A DNA stretch of 64,000 nucleotides from Nitrosopumilus sp. (GCA_965214775.1 OZ243974.1:736001-800000); one strand, 5' to 3'; positions 10,582-20,287 are shown, numbered from the stretch's first letter. Numbers and translations: made by a program. Notes: generated from the letters alone by a model not told the origin.

Positions 10582-11421
10582 TCAGTTTATCATCCTCTCT
10601 ATTGCTTTGATGTCAAGGTTGGATTTGACAGTTTTTGCCAGTTTGTCCAATTCGCTATCAATTTTTGAGAGATTTTTTTTGTTCCAAACAATGTCTTTTG
10701 GTTTTGCGTGCAGTGAGTCTTCTTCAGGCAGTCCAATGTCAATGGCAGGAACGGTTCCCAGCACGGGAAGCCTTGTAATTTTTTTGAGTTTTGAGAATCC
10801 CGGCTTTAGGACGTCAGGATCTCCGCGGAACTTGTTAAAGATAAATCCCCTGACTAATTTTCGGTATCTTTTTTCCAGCAGCGACATTGTTCCGACAATG
10901 CTTGCAAAAGATCCCCCCCTGTCAACATCAGAAACCAAGAGTACGGATGCGTTTGCCCTAGATGCGATCTTCATGTTTGCAATGTCGTATTTCTGCAGAT
11001 TAATTTCGGCAGGGGAACCTGCACCCTCTAAGATTACAAAGTCAAAATTTTTCTGCAGGGCTTTCAAAGAGTCTGTTGCAATCTTTATCCCCTTGGAATT
11101 TGCAAATTTTTCATAGTAGTCCTTTGCGTGCATTTTCTTGCAACGTTTCCCATCAAGATACACCATGCTATAGTAATTTCCAAGGGGCTTTAGCAGAATG
11201 GGATTCAGCTTGGGCGTGATTTTGCACCTGGCCCCTATTGCCTGAACGGCTTGCGCCCGTGAAATCTCAAACTCGGGCGTAAAATAGGCGTAGTTTGACA
11301 TGTTCTGGGATTTGTACGGGGCCACCCGGTATCCCATGTCAGAAAAGATCCGACACAGGGCTGCCACCATGGTCGTTTTGCCCGAACCAGAGGACGTCCC
11401 CTGAATCATCAGCGATTTCAT
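10582..11421 (-). CDS. cbiP: Cobyric acid synthase, short form (synthetase domain only)
   Basis: IQGTSSGSGKT, PYKSQNMS, NPILLKP, EGAGSPAEINL, NKFRGD and LPEEDS motifs; no GATase domain. Confidence 0.88.
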   Translation of the reverse strand: MKSLMIQGTSSGSGKTTMVAALCRIFSDMGYRVAPYKSQNMSNYAYFTPEFEISRAQAVQAIGARCKITPKLNPILLKPLGNYYSMVYLDGKRCKKMHAKDYYEKFANSKGIKIATDSLKALQKNFDFVILEGAGSPAEINLQKYDIANMKIASRANASVLLVSDVDRGGSFASIVGTMSLLEKRYRKLVRGFIFNKFRGDPDVLKPGFSKLKKITRLPVLGTVPAIDIGLPEEDSLHAKPKDIVWNKKNLSKIDSELDKLAKTVKSNLDIKAIERMIN

Positions 11422-12497
11422 GCCAAACCCTCCATTGCCAAAACCAGCTTTTGGTTCTCCTTGTGAGACTTTATTGCGACCCGAATGAAATTGCCGTCTA
11501 ATCCACGAAAGTTTTTGCAGTCACGGATCAAGATTTTCTTTTTTAGCAGCCTGTTCTGCAAAAGCGTGGAATTTTTTTTCGTTTTAATCAAAAGAAAAGC
11601 TGTGGCCGAACCATAACAATGAAAGCCATCAATTCCGTTAATCCTGTCTTGAAGAAAGGCGCTCTCCTTTTGGATCAGTTTTTTTGACGCAGAAAGGTAT
11701 TCCTTGTCTGACAGTGCGGCGATTCCGGCATCTTGAGCCAGGGAGTTCACACTCCAAGGAATTTTGATCTTTTTCAAGATTGAAATTGTGTCTTTAGAGC
11801 CTACTGCATAGCCGATTCTGATTCCAGGAATGCAAAAGGATTTTGTAAGTGATCGTAAGACAAGCAGATTGTCAAATCTTTTGACATCGTTTAAAATTGA
11901 CTCGTTTGAATGTGGGACCATCTCAATAAAACACTCATCTGCAAATACCATTGATGAGAGTTTTTTTGCAGCGCTGATTATTCTGCGCATTTGTTTGCGT
12001 GAGAGTATCGTTCCAGTAGGATTGTTCGGGTTGCAGACAAACACGAATCCCTTTCTCGGAATTTGTGAAACAAATGAGTCAATGTCTTCGGACAAATCCA
12101 TGGAATTGAAGAAAGTCAGCGATGCATTGTTCAGCAGGCAGGCCGATTCGTATTCTTGAAAAGTTGGAACCGCAATCAGGGCTTTGGAATTCTTGGACAT
12201 AAACGCCGAGCAGAAATCATAGATCAGTTCAACGGCACCATTACCTACAACAATGTTGGATTTTTCGAATTTCGTGTGTTTTTTGAGGCTTGAAAGAAGC
12301 AGATCAGAAGCAGGATCCGGATAGTCCTCAATTTTTTTGATATTTGCCTTTAGCCGGTCTCTTACGGACTTTGGACATCCCAACGGGTTCACATTTGAGC
12401 TGAAATCCAGCACGTCTGAGTCAAGATTTTTGGAGTTTTTTCCGCCATGAGATACCGGAGAATGTCTCAAGACGGAGGATTTTGCAGTTATCTTCAC
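11418..12497 (-). CDS. cobD: Threonine-phosphate decarboxylase / HisC-like PLP-dependent enzyme
   Basis: HGG...LDFSSNVNPLG, CNPNNPTG, DECF and RSLTKSF.IPGIRIGY motifs; heads the cob operon. Confidence 0.8.
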   Translation of the reverse strand: MKITAKSSVLRHSPVSHGGKNSKNLDSDVLDFSSNVNPLGCPKSVRDRLKANIKKIEDYPDPASDLLLSSLKKHTKFEKSNIVVGNGAVELIYDFCSAFMSKNSKALIAVPTFQEYESACLLNNASLTFFNSMDLSEDIDSFVSQIPRKGFVFVCNPNNPTGTILSRKQMRRIISAAKKLSSMVFADECFIEMVPHSNESILNDVKRFDNLLVLRSLTKSFCIPGIRIGYAVGSKDTISILKKIKIPWSVNSLAQDAGIAALSDKEYLSASKKLIQKESAFLQDRINGIDGFHCYGSATAFLLIKTKKNSTLLQNRLLKKKILIRDCKNFRGLDGNFIRVAIKSHKENQKLVLAMEGLA

Positions 12498-12712
12498 AGT
12501 TCAGAATTGGTTTAGGCGATTTAGTATGTTTTGGTAGTTTGGCAGACACTGTCTTATACGGAAATTAGGTTCGCCTAAGACTTGGAAGAAAGCAAAGGAC
12601 TGCTTTAGGCTTTACCGATCAAGGGGACTGGTAGGTTAACGGGTGTTTCTTCTCTCTGGAAAGTGTAGGGTGCTGGCATTCTGGATTAGCGTCTTCCACT
12701 TGTTCTCACCCT

Positions 12713-12775
12713 GAGAGTTGATTCGAAATTGGCAGATTCTGATCATGTATAGACGAATTTGCGTCAATCGGTAGA
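12713..12775 (+). repeat. Dispersed IS-end-like repeat (family R1: GAGAGTTGATTCGAAATT...)
   Basis: Similar copies at about 19695-19755 (-), 29255-29310 (+) and 55120-55177 (-). Confidence 0.7.
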
Positions 12776-12874
12776 CGGAAATGCAACCCAGCAAAAGCCA
12801 CCACGATCCTACGGCGGTGGGCCGGCAAATCCGTACTCTGCAAGATTCCTTCCGGGTACATCAGTTTTTCAGTA

Positions 12875-12928
12875 AAATCAGGCATGAACAGGAAATTTGG
12901 ATGGATGTTTTACGCCTAGAAAGTTGAG
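12875..12928 (+). repeat. Dispersed repeat (family R2) ending ...CGCCTAGAAAGTTGAG
   Basis: Matches the reverse complement of about 62552-62605. Confidence 0.65.
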
Positions 12929-12977
12929 AACATGATGTCGTACCCTTCAGGCAGAGCCGGGGTCGTATTTGATGGTC

Positions 12978-13063
12978 AGTGCGTACATCAAAAAAACGGA
13001 CCGTAATTTTGACATATCGTGTCTATTTCGATAAAAAATGTCCAGATTTCAACTGTGCGCACT
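12978..13063. mobile_element. About 86-bp MITE (family M2; TIR AGTGCGCACA)
   Basis: Ends agtgcgtaca...tgtgcgcact; homologous copies at 29123-29208 and 60251-60340 in the opposite orientation. Confidence 0.75.
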
Positions 13064-13272
13064 ACAGTCATGCGCCCCTCCCCACGTACCGTGCATTGTC
13101 CGTGTGTGTCAACTGATATCATGCGTGATATCCTCATAATCCCTTGCTTTTTTGGTCAGTCCGCCAATCATGTTGGTGATTTTTGGTCAGGTTTCAAATT
13201 TTAGGCACGGTCATGCAACAAAATATAATTCAGAAAACGATTATTAGTTAAAGGCGATCACATACCGGTATC

Positions 13273-14349
13273 ATGGATAAAAAAAGGGTTGCAATCATCG
13301 GTGTTACCGGATCTGTGGGACAAGAGTTTGTCCAATCCTTAGACAGCCATCCATGGTTTGAAGTAACCCAAATTGCAGCATCTGAGCGCTCTGCAGGCAA
13401 GACCTATCTTGATGCCATTAGAAATGAAGGTGGAATTATTATGTGGGATGTTGGCGGGGAGATCCCAGAATACGTCAAATCGATGACTGTCAAAAGAATA
13501 GACGAGCTTGATACGTCACAACTAGACTTGGTATTTTCAGCAGTCGAGTCACAGGCTGCAAGAGACATTGAGACTAGAATGGCTGCAGAATTGCCAGTTA
13601 TTTCAACCAGTTCTGCATACAGATACGAAGAAGACGTCCCTATTCTCATTCCAGGGGTAAATGATGAGCAAGCCGACTTGATTGAGACGCAGAAGAAAAA
13701 CCGAAACTGGAAAGGATTTGTTGCCCCGCTGCCAAACTGCACCACTACAGGATTGGCAATTACGCTAAAGCCGTTACTTGAAAAATATGGCGCAAAGAAA
13801 GTCATGATGACGTCCATGCAGGCAATTTCCGGTGGCGGAAAATCCGGCGTTTCTGCCATGGGAATCACAGACAACATTTTGCCGTACATTCCCAAAGAGG
13901 AAGGCAAAGTCAGGCTAGAAACAAGAAAGATCCTAGGAAAACTAAGGGACGGAAAGATTGAGGATGCAGATATCAGGGTTAGCTGTACATGCACCAGGGT
14001 TCCCGTAATTGACGGACATACGGAATCTGTCTTTGTTGAAACATCAGAGGACATTGATCCTTCAAAGGCAAAGGAGCTCTACAACAGCTACAATCAAAGC
14101 ATTTCTGTACAAGGACTGCCATCAGCCCCAAAAAAATACTATGCATTTCATGAAGATCCTACAAGACCCCAGCCGAGAATGGAGAGAACAGTAGGGGACG
14201 GAATGACTACAACGATTGGCAGAGTTGAGAAGGAAGAGCTGTTTGACAAGGGCCTAAAGTACATGCTGTTCTCCCACAACAAGAAGATGGGATCTGCAAA
14301 GGGTGCAGTCTTGTTGGCAGAGATGCTTTGCAAAAAAGGCAAAATTTAG
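13273..14349 (+). CDS. asd: Aspartate-semialdehyde dehydrogenase
   Basis: IIGVTGSVGQ, PNCTT, QAISGGG, RVPVIDGH and HNKKMGSA motifs. Confidence 0.95.
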   Translation: MDKKRVAIIGVTGSVGQEFVQSLDSHPWFEVTQIAASERSAGKTYLDAIRNEGGIIMWDVGGEIPEYVKSMTVKRIDELDTSQLDLVFSAVESQAARDIETRMAAELPVISTSSAYRYEEDVPILIPGVNDEQADLIETQKKNRNWKGFVAPLPNCTTTGLAITLKPLLEKYGAKKVMMTSMQAISGGGKSGVSAMGITDNILPYIPKEEGKVRLETRKILGKLRDGKIEDADIRVSCTCTRVPVIDGHTESVFVETSEDIDPSKAKELYNSYNQSISVQGLPSAPKKYYAFHEDPTRPQPRMERTVGDGMTTTIGRVEKEELFDKGLKYMLFSHNKKMGSAKGAVLLAEMLCKKGKI

Positions 14350-14420
14350 ACATTTTTTTGCAATTTTTTCAATAATAGCTTTATAAGATCCAGAAATCTA
14401 GATTGGCTCGGGTGTCTTAA

Positions 14421-14888
14421 ACGGCAAAAGTAGATGATCTAGATTTACAGATTCTATCAGAATTATCTAATGACGCCTCAATTTCTGTGCCACGATTATC
14501 AAAGAAAATCAATGTGAACTCGTCAGTTGTTTATTCTAGAATCAAGAGACTGGTAAAGAGAAAGCTGATTGAACGGTTTACAGTTGTAGTAAATGATCCC
14601 GAACTGGGGTATAGTGTCAAGGCCCTCACAGGAATCAACATGGATACCAAAAAGCGGGATCACATTATTGACGAGTTGTTCAAGATTGACGGAGTAAGGG
14701 AAGTAGCAGAAGTCACCGGAAGATTCGATATTCTCGTAACAATGTATTCAAGATCCTTGGATCAAATGCACAAAATGGTCTCTGAAAAAATAGGAAGAAT
14801 CGAGGGAGTTCAATCCTCAGAGTCGTTTATCGAGATGAAGTCACGAACAAAAGCAATGCCATATATGCCATCAAAGAACGGGGAATAG
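14421..14888 (+). CDS. Lrp/AsnC family transcriptional regulator
   Basis: HTH plus RAM domain (EVTGRFDI). The in-frame N-terminus AKVDDLDLQILSELSNDAS begins at ACG 14421; the ORF track starts at GTG 14487. Confidence 0.88.
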   Translation, partial: TAKVDDLDLQILSELSNDASISVPRLSKKINVNSSVVYSRIKRLVKRKLIERFTVVVNDPELGYSVKALTGINMDTKKRDHIIDELFKIDGVREVAEVTGRFDILVTMYSRSLDQMHKMVSEKIGRIEGVQSSESFIEMKSRTKAMPYMPSKNGE

Positions 14889-14890
14889 CA

Positions 14891-15820
14891 TTGCAAAAAC
14901 AAAAGTCAGAATCCCGGGTTGCAGTGTATTATGAACTAACAAAACCAAAAATTTGGTATTTGCTGGTATTTACGGGGTTTGGAGCGGCCTTGACTGCCTC
15001 CAACATTTACGGAATTGATATTTCCCTTCCGACTTGGGCATTGATGATATTTTCAATTGCAGCAGGCTCTGCTGCAGCAAACACCTTGACAAATTATCAT
15101 GACAGGGACATTGATGCCGTTATGGAGAGAACAAAGGGAAGGCCGCTTCCATCAAAAAGGATTCATCCGGCCGTCAAAGCAAGGAACTTTGGACTGGTTT
15201 TGGCAGGAATTTCACTAGTTTTAGCATTTGGGATTTCGTTTACAACAACTTTGGAGCAGGGAGCGTGGGCTACTGCATTTATCGCGTTTGGATTGCTAAA
15301 CAACGTGCTTGTCTACTCTTATGCATTGAAACGAAATTCAAGGACAAACATTATTCTTGGAGGCTTGTGCGGGGGCTCGCCGCCGATGATTGGTTGGGTT
15401 GCCGTAACAATGTCGGATTTGTGGACGATGGGACTTGCGATGGCCGGACTGGTGTTTATTTGGATCCCAATGCACATTTGGGCATTAACCCTGCATTTCA
15501 GAGAAGACTACAACAAGGTAAACGTGCCAATGCTGACTGCCGTGCAGTCCGAGAAGACATCGGCAAGAGCAATCGCACTGTCGACAGTAGTCATGGTGTT
15601 ATTCTCAATTGCGCCATTCTTTATCACTGCAGAAAACGGCGAGCCGATGGTTGGAGGTACATATCTTTGGACTGCTGTTGCGTCAGGAACGTTGATGGTT
15701 GCGTTATCGGCATGGGTCATTGCAAGACCGATGGAAAAAGCTTCGTGGACCTTGTTCAAATTCTCTAGTCCGTATCTTGCAGTACTGTTTATTGCATTAA
15801 TGGTGGATTCGGCATTATAA
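14891..15820 (+). CDS. cyoE: Protoheme IX farnesyltransferase (haem O synthase)
   Basis: ELTKPKI, DRDIDAVMERTKGRPLP, PPMIGW and WIPMHIWAL...DY...VPML motifs. Confidence 0.93.
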   Translation: MQKQKSESRVAVYYELTKPKIWYLLVFTGFGAALTASNIYGIDISLPTWALMIFSIAAGSAAANTLTNYHDRDIDAVMERTKGRPLPSKRIHPAVKARNFGLVLAGISLVLAFGISFTTTLEQGAWATAFIAFGLLNNVLVYSYALKRNSRTNIILGGLCGGSPPMIGWVAVTMSDLWTMGLAMAGLVFIWIPMHIWALTLHFREDYNKVNVPMLTAVQSEKTSARAIALSTVVMVLFSIAPFFITAENGEPMVGGTYLWTAVASGTLMVALSAWVIARPMEKASWTLFKFSSPYLAVLFIALMVDSAL

Positions 15821-16036
15821 CAAGATGTTATTTTCATCCAGACTGTTCAATTTTTTTGTAATTGACTCGTGCTTTTGAACCATTTTCTTCAGCTCGTTTT
15901 GCAGGTTTGCTGATTGCCATTCAGACCTGATCAGGGCCGAGACTTTGGAGACAATGCTCCATTGAATGTTGCTTTGTTCATCAATTAATTCCAAGAACCG
16001 TTTTCCCTTCTCGTCGTTGTTATCATCATCATTCAC
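15815..16036 (-). CDS. Small hypothetical protein
   Basis: 73-aa helical ORF convergent with cyoE; TTTTAT box upstream. Confidence 0.55.
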   Translation of the reverse strand: MNDDDNNDEKGKRFLELIDEQSNIQWSIVSKVSALIRSEWQSANLQNELKKMVQKHESITKKLNSLDENNILL

Positions 16037-16125
16037 AGGATTCCTGTGGGGTGCCGTTGATAAAAAGCTAGCCAGGTAATGTCATTATTTCAAAGTTTTA
16101 TTAAAGCAGATATCAAAGACCGTTC

Positions 16126-16281
16126 ATGCAGTGCAGTATTTCAGAATGCAAACTAAAATCAGTAAAAACAGTGAAAATAAGTTTCAAGGAAACGAGAAAT
16201 CTTTGTAAAAGGCATTACGAGCTGTTCATCTCAAAAAATATGACTCATCCCACAAAATTTATTAGAGCATCTCAAATCTAG
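16126..16281 (+). CDS. 51-aa putative Zn-binding micro-protein (not in ORF track)
   Basis: MQCSISECK...RNLCKRHYELF (CxxxxC...CxxH); TTTATTAA box about 25 nt upstream. Confidence 0.6.
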   Translation: MQCSISECKLKSVKTVKISFKETRNLCKRHYELFISKNMTHPTKFIRASQI

Positions 16282-16347
16282 TTTCTGCTTTTCAAACAAT
16301 GATGGAATTGCTGAAAGATTTAACATCTACCTTTTTTCAATTAATTC

Positions 16348-16839
16348 ATGGCTGCAAAGAAAAAGACTCCTGCAAAGAAAACAGCTGCAAAGAAAAAGAC
16401 TCCTGCAAAGAAAACAGCTGCCAAACCAAAAAAGCAAACAAAAGCAGCCTCAAAGAAACCAGAATTTGACAAAGCGTGGAGAGAGTATAATGCTGCGTTA
16501 AATGGATGGAAAGAGTCCCTTGCACAATGGCAAAAAGCCACCAGTGAAGCCTTGGTGACATATCATAATGCCTGTCAAAAAGCCCTGGAATCAGATGCAG
16601 AGCTGCTGAAAAAAGTTAGCTCAAGCTGGGAAAGTACCTGGGAGGAGATAGGACCCGAATACATCAAACAGCAGACAAAGACGATGGAAAACATTTTCAA
16701 AGAAACAAACATTGAATCAGTCAAAAAATTTAACGAACAATGGGAAAAATTCCTCAAAACATCAGGAGCTGATTCTGTAAAGGCATACCAAGAGGCCATA
16801 AAAAGATTCAATCAAGCATGGCAATCTGGGCAAATGTAA
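16348..16839 (+). CDS. PAKK-repeat, Trp-rich amphipathic helical protein (phasin-like, putative)
   Basis: N-terminal AAKKKTPAKKT twice (33-bp DNA duplication); the helical part is paralogous to 19814-20230. Confidence 0.7.
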   Translation: MAAKKKTPAKKTAAKKKTPAKKTAAKPKKQTKAASKKPEFDKAWREYNAALNGWKESLAQWQKATSEALVTYHNACQKALESDAELLKKVSSSWESTWEEIGPEYIKQQTKTMENIFKETNIESVKKFNEQWEKFLKTSGADSVKAYQEAIKRFNQAWQSGQM

Positions 16840-16850
16840 GCACTAAAAAA

Positions 16851-17744
16851 TTATTTCATTTTTACAATTCGAAAAACTTTACAATTACATACCGAACACC
16901 GACCCTTAATTGCAGGCCTTCCATTTTTCATTACTGTCTCTTCAGGCTCATTGATTTGCCTTTTAGTTTTGCACTTGACGCAATAGGCCTCAGGGCCGGC
17001 ATCTTTGGGCCGAACAGACTTGTCAGGCGTTTCCGGAGACAAACGGGGTTTTTCTTTCTTTATTGTTTCTAATTTTTTGTTTTGTTTTTGAGGTTTTGGT
17101 ATAATTTCATGTTCAACACCTGGTGCCTTTAGTTTTTCAATTCCCTTTTCTAATTCTTTTACATCGGCTAGCAAAGCTGGATCATTTTTGGATGTCTGAT
17201 TTTTTGCATTATCAGAAATTGCTTTCTCAAGTTCATCAATTTGATCTTGCAATAGTTCTAACTGAGAAAGTTGCTCTGTAGAAGCGCCTTCTTCTTCTTT
17301 GGTTTCTTCAATAACAGGCTCTGGAGCTAAATCTAATTCTTGAGGAAGTTCTTCTGATGATTTTTGCGGCAGTGAGCCTCTTGGACTTTGCGGTGCTGGT
17401 GCTGGTGCTGGTGCTGGTGCTGGTGCTGGTTCTTCAACAACGATAGATGATTCAGGCAAATCTCCAAGAAAATCAAGGTTAACCCTATTTCTGTCAATCC
17501 GCAAATACGGGTCACCGCCAATTGAAAATGCTTCAATTTTGTAACCTTTCTTCCAAGAATTTCTGGAACTGTAAAGAGTGGCGTATGTAAGGCCGTTTTT
17601 TATGTCAGATGCCATTGTAAGACGATCAATTGGAGTTCCTCTGGTGATTCCTTTTTCAGTGTCTTGGTGCCTTATTGCAGTACTGATCAGATGATTTTTG
17701 TCATAGATGACCTTGGAGATCATATAGTCAGCCCATTTTTCCAT
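16851..17744 (-). CDS. DUF3892-like N-domain, PA/E-rich linker and C-terminal DUF5679-like Zn ribbon
   Basis: MEKWADYMIS...YLRIDRN...D.LGDLPE at the N-terminus; AYCVKCK...MKNGRPAIKGRCSVC at the C-terminus. ATG 17744 preferred. Confidence 0.7.
   Translation of the reverse strand: MEKWADYMISKVIYDKNHLISTAIRHQDTEKGITRGTPIDRLTMASDIKNGLTYATLYSSRNSWKKGYKIEAFSIGGDPYLRIDRNRVNLDFLGDLPESSIVVEEPAPAPAPAPAPAPQSPRGSLPQKSSEELPQELDLAPEPVIEETKEEEGASTEQLSQLELLQDQIDELEKAISDNAKNQTSKNDPALLADVKELEKGIEKLKAPGVEHEIIPKPQKQNKKLETIKKEKPRLSPETPDKSVRPKDAGPEAYCVKCKTKRQINEPEETVMKNGRPAIKGRCSVCNCKVFRIVKMK
17392..17430. repeat. (GGTGCT)n microsatellite encoding (PA)n
   Basis: About 6.5 perfect units. Confidence 0.9.
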
Positions 17745-17842
17745 TACAAAAAATAATGACAGTCTCCTAATAAATAAGCGAAATATTTTAGGGGATCCTT
17801 TTAGGCTCAAATAAGATTATAATTGGATACGGATAACCTTCC

Positions 17843-18217
17843 ATGTTGGAAATCTCCGTAGAGCCTTGGAAGAAGTTAGTGATTCATGAAGTCATTGAAT
17901 ACAAATTTGACGATTGGGTAAAACAGATTGCGTTTAGCACTCGCTCTTCAGGAGGCGCCATACCTACGATGCAATGGACAAACGGCATAGTTTTTTCACC
18001 GGCAAACTTTCCGACAACAAATGCAACCATTGAAGAACAGCTCAAGGGAACGCTTCACTGGTCTTCAGTATCATTTGCAATTAAAGAAAAATTTGAAAAA
18101 CAGATTGTCAAGGAAAACGCAACGATTAATTTAGTTGATGTAAGCGTAAATGAAATTTTTAAAGAACTGTCCATTACGTTGAAATCCCAGTCAAAATATG
18201 CAAATAGCGAAAATTAG
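17843..18217 (+). CDS. Hypothetical protein
   Basis: 124-aa ORF with protein-like composition. Confidence 0.7.
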   Translation: MLEISVEPWKKLVIHEVIEYKFDDWVKQIAFSTRSSGGAIPTMQWTNGIVFSPANFPTTNATIEEQLKGTLHWSSVSFAIKEKFEKQIVKENATINLVDVSVNEIFKELSITLKSQSKYANSEN

Positions 18218-18219
18218 GC

Positions 18220-18909
18220 TTGACGAGTATCGAAAGAAGAATTGAAGATTGCAGTAGCATTCTGAATCAAATCAAAAAGTACGATCCTGACCCGTATTAT
18301 GTGGGATATTTTCTAGATGAATTCATCAAAACTGTCAACCTTATCTATGATGAAATTTTTCAAGAGGCAAATAGAAACTTTGGACTATATGACAAGGGGG
18401 ACAATTCTGAAGAAAAGTTTGAGGAAATGTCAATAATAAAAAATGACAAGAATGCATTAGAGTTTTCTAAATGGTTTAAGGAAATAAATCAGAGAGAGCA
18501 CGAGAGATCATTTCCAAATTTCATGAAACAGATCTGCATGCTGAAAAAACAGGACAAGCAGCTACCAAAATTAAAAATCATGCTAAGGCCTAAAGAGAGA
18601 TTCAAAGACGATGTCTTTCAAGAAATTAATCCAAGATTTTCATATAATGGAAGATTAGGCTCAAAAGACGAATTGAAAATTGAGGCATCAAGACAGCTGC
18701 CGGTTTATTACGAGGTAATAAACCATAAACGAAGGCAAAAAAACGAGCCCAAGGTCAGAAAGGAGCAGATCGTTCCGTCAGCCTTTTTGCTGCTGGATGA
18801 AGGCAGGGACGTTGAAATCCCATATGCATTAGAAATCTACATGCCGGTAATTCACAGATTGGTTGATGAGTCAAGAAAGAAGATTCGCGAACTGACCACT
18901 TGGAAATGA
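18220..18909 (+). CDS. Hypothetical protein
   Basis: 229-aa ORF 2 nt downstream of the previous gene. Confidence 0.7.
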   Translation: MTSIERRIEDCSSILNQIKKYDPDPYYVGYFLDEFIKTVNLIYDEIFQEANRNFGLYDKGDNSEEKFEEMSIIKNDKNALEFSKWFKEINQREHERSFPNFMKQICMLKKQDKQLPKLKIMLRPKERFKDDVFQEINPRFSYNGRLGSKDELKIEASRQLPVYYEVINHKRRQKNEPKVRKEQIVPSAFLLLDEGRDVEIPYALEIYMPVIHRLVDESRKKIRELTTWK

Positions 18910-18910
18910 A

Positions 18911-19567
18911 CTAGAATCCAAATATCGGATGATCTTTTTTAATTTTGACTATGGGAAGATATGAGAATCCATGATCAAAGCTGCTTACAAAAACAGGATC
19001 CTGCCCGTGGCCTCCTTGGTATTTCATAAAATTATGCACAGGTTCTGAATCAAGTTTTACATAGTTGAAATTGTAATACACCTCATCCATTTCAAGCGAC
19101 GTCACGTGTCCCAACATCCAGGAATTATTGTGTGGAACCGCATACAATGTCAGATCTAACTCGTCTGGAAATTCCGGATCATAGGTTAAGCGTGCCAAGC
19201 TTCCAAGATCCCTTAGCTGAATAGGATGAAATTGATCAGGCATGTCTTTTGTAGCCTCAGGCAACGAGGAGATTTCTGACTCGGCGTGAACTATTGGTGC
19301 ATAGTGTGAAATGTCTTTTGTGGAATCAACAACATCGCAGATTTCATTTCCTGAAGAAGTCTGATATGAAACATACCTTCCGTCTTTTGGCATAGAGGAA
19401 TAAAACACTGCCAGAGTGTTTGCCAATGTAATGCTGCTAGACAAGATTCTTTTTCCACCATACCGTTGCGAATAGACACGTCTGGGATGCTCCCTAAAGG
19501 CACAGGCAAATCTTGCCAAATCACTAAAGCTGGACAGTTCTACAAAGCATTCATTTTGTGCAGTCAA
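18911..19567 (-). CDS. Hypothetical protein with internal duplication
   Basis: 218 aa; two similar halves (ELSSFSDLARF...YAPIV and QLRDLGSLARL...YLPIV). Confidence 0.7.
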   Translation of the reverse strand: MTAQNECFVELSSFSDLARFACAFREHPRRVYSQRYGGKRILSSSITLANTLAVFYSSMPKDGRYVSYQTSSGNEICDVVDSTKDISHYAPIVHAESEISSLPEATKDMPDQFHPIQLRDLGSLARLTYDPEFPDELDLTLYAVPHNNSWMLGHVTSLEMDEVYYNFNYVKLDSEPVHNFMKYQGGHGQDPVFVSSFDHGFSYLPIVKIKKDHPIFGF

Positions 19568-19813
19568 TAATGCACAAATTCAGTTGAATTTTTTATACTT
19601 TCTGGAAATAAAGGAGTTGCCCAAACTTGTTTTCTAGTTGGCATGTTGTGCCACAAATGCAGACAATTTCAAACGCGGTACGTGGCATTTTGGTCTATTC
19701 GACGGAAGTTCACCTATGCATGATCCGAGTCTGCTGACTTCGAATCAACTTTTTGTGCAGCCCCGAGTGCATCTCCGAAAGTTGAACAAATAAAAAAGAA
19801 AAACCAGATGGAA

Positions 19814-20230
19814 TCATTGAGATTTTGGCCACATGGTCTTCCAGGTTTCGGCAAACTGTTTCATCATTTCGCCATACACTTGCATTTGTTCCAATCCAGA
19901 GGAACTGAGCGTCTTTTGCCAGTTTTCAGCAAACTGCTTGAAGGCTGCAATGTTGGCATCGTTTAGGGATTTTTGCCAGTTTTCGCCAAAATCCTTCAAA
20001 GACTTCATTCCAGCCTCGTTCATAGCTTTTTGCCAGTTTTCGCCAAATAGCTTCATGGTTTCGGCACTAGATTCCGCTGCAGCTTTTTCCCACACGGCGT
20101 TGAATTTTGACTGCATGTCACTGCTAGCTTCCTGGATTTGCTCAAAAAGGGTTTTCCACATTTCTAGGGACTTGGAGTATTCCTGCCACAAGGAATCCCA
20201 CTCGTTGCCATTTTTTTGTTCTTCAGACAT
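19814..20230 (-). CDS. Trp-rich amphipathic helical repeat protein (phasin/PhaE-like, putative)
   Basis: 19-aa repeats F(G/A)ENWQK three times; paralogous to 16348-16839. Confidence 0.7.
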   Translation of the reverse strand: MSEEQKNGNEWDSLWQEYSKSLEMWKTLFEQIQEASSDMQSKFNAVWEKAAAESSAETMKLFGENWQKAMNEAGMKSLKDFGENWQKSLNDANIAAFKQFAENWQKTLSSSGLEQMQVYGEMMKQFAETWKTMWPKSQ

Positions 20231-20287
20231 GACAAAATATGGAGTTAATGGTTCTTAAAGTGATCCCTGAAAATAATCGGAGAGAAT

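Noticed and set aside
10567-10585. CTG start for cbiB overlapping the cbiP stop
   Set aside because: Possible, but a canonical TTG lies six codons downstream, so nothing unusual is required.
12500-12720. Cobalamin riboswitch upstream of the cob operon
   Set aside because: No B12-box consensus recognised on the minus strand; the sequence is explained by dispersed repeat families.
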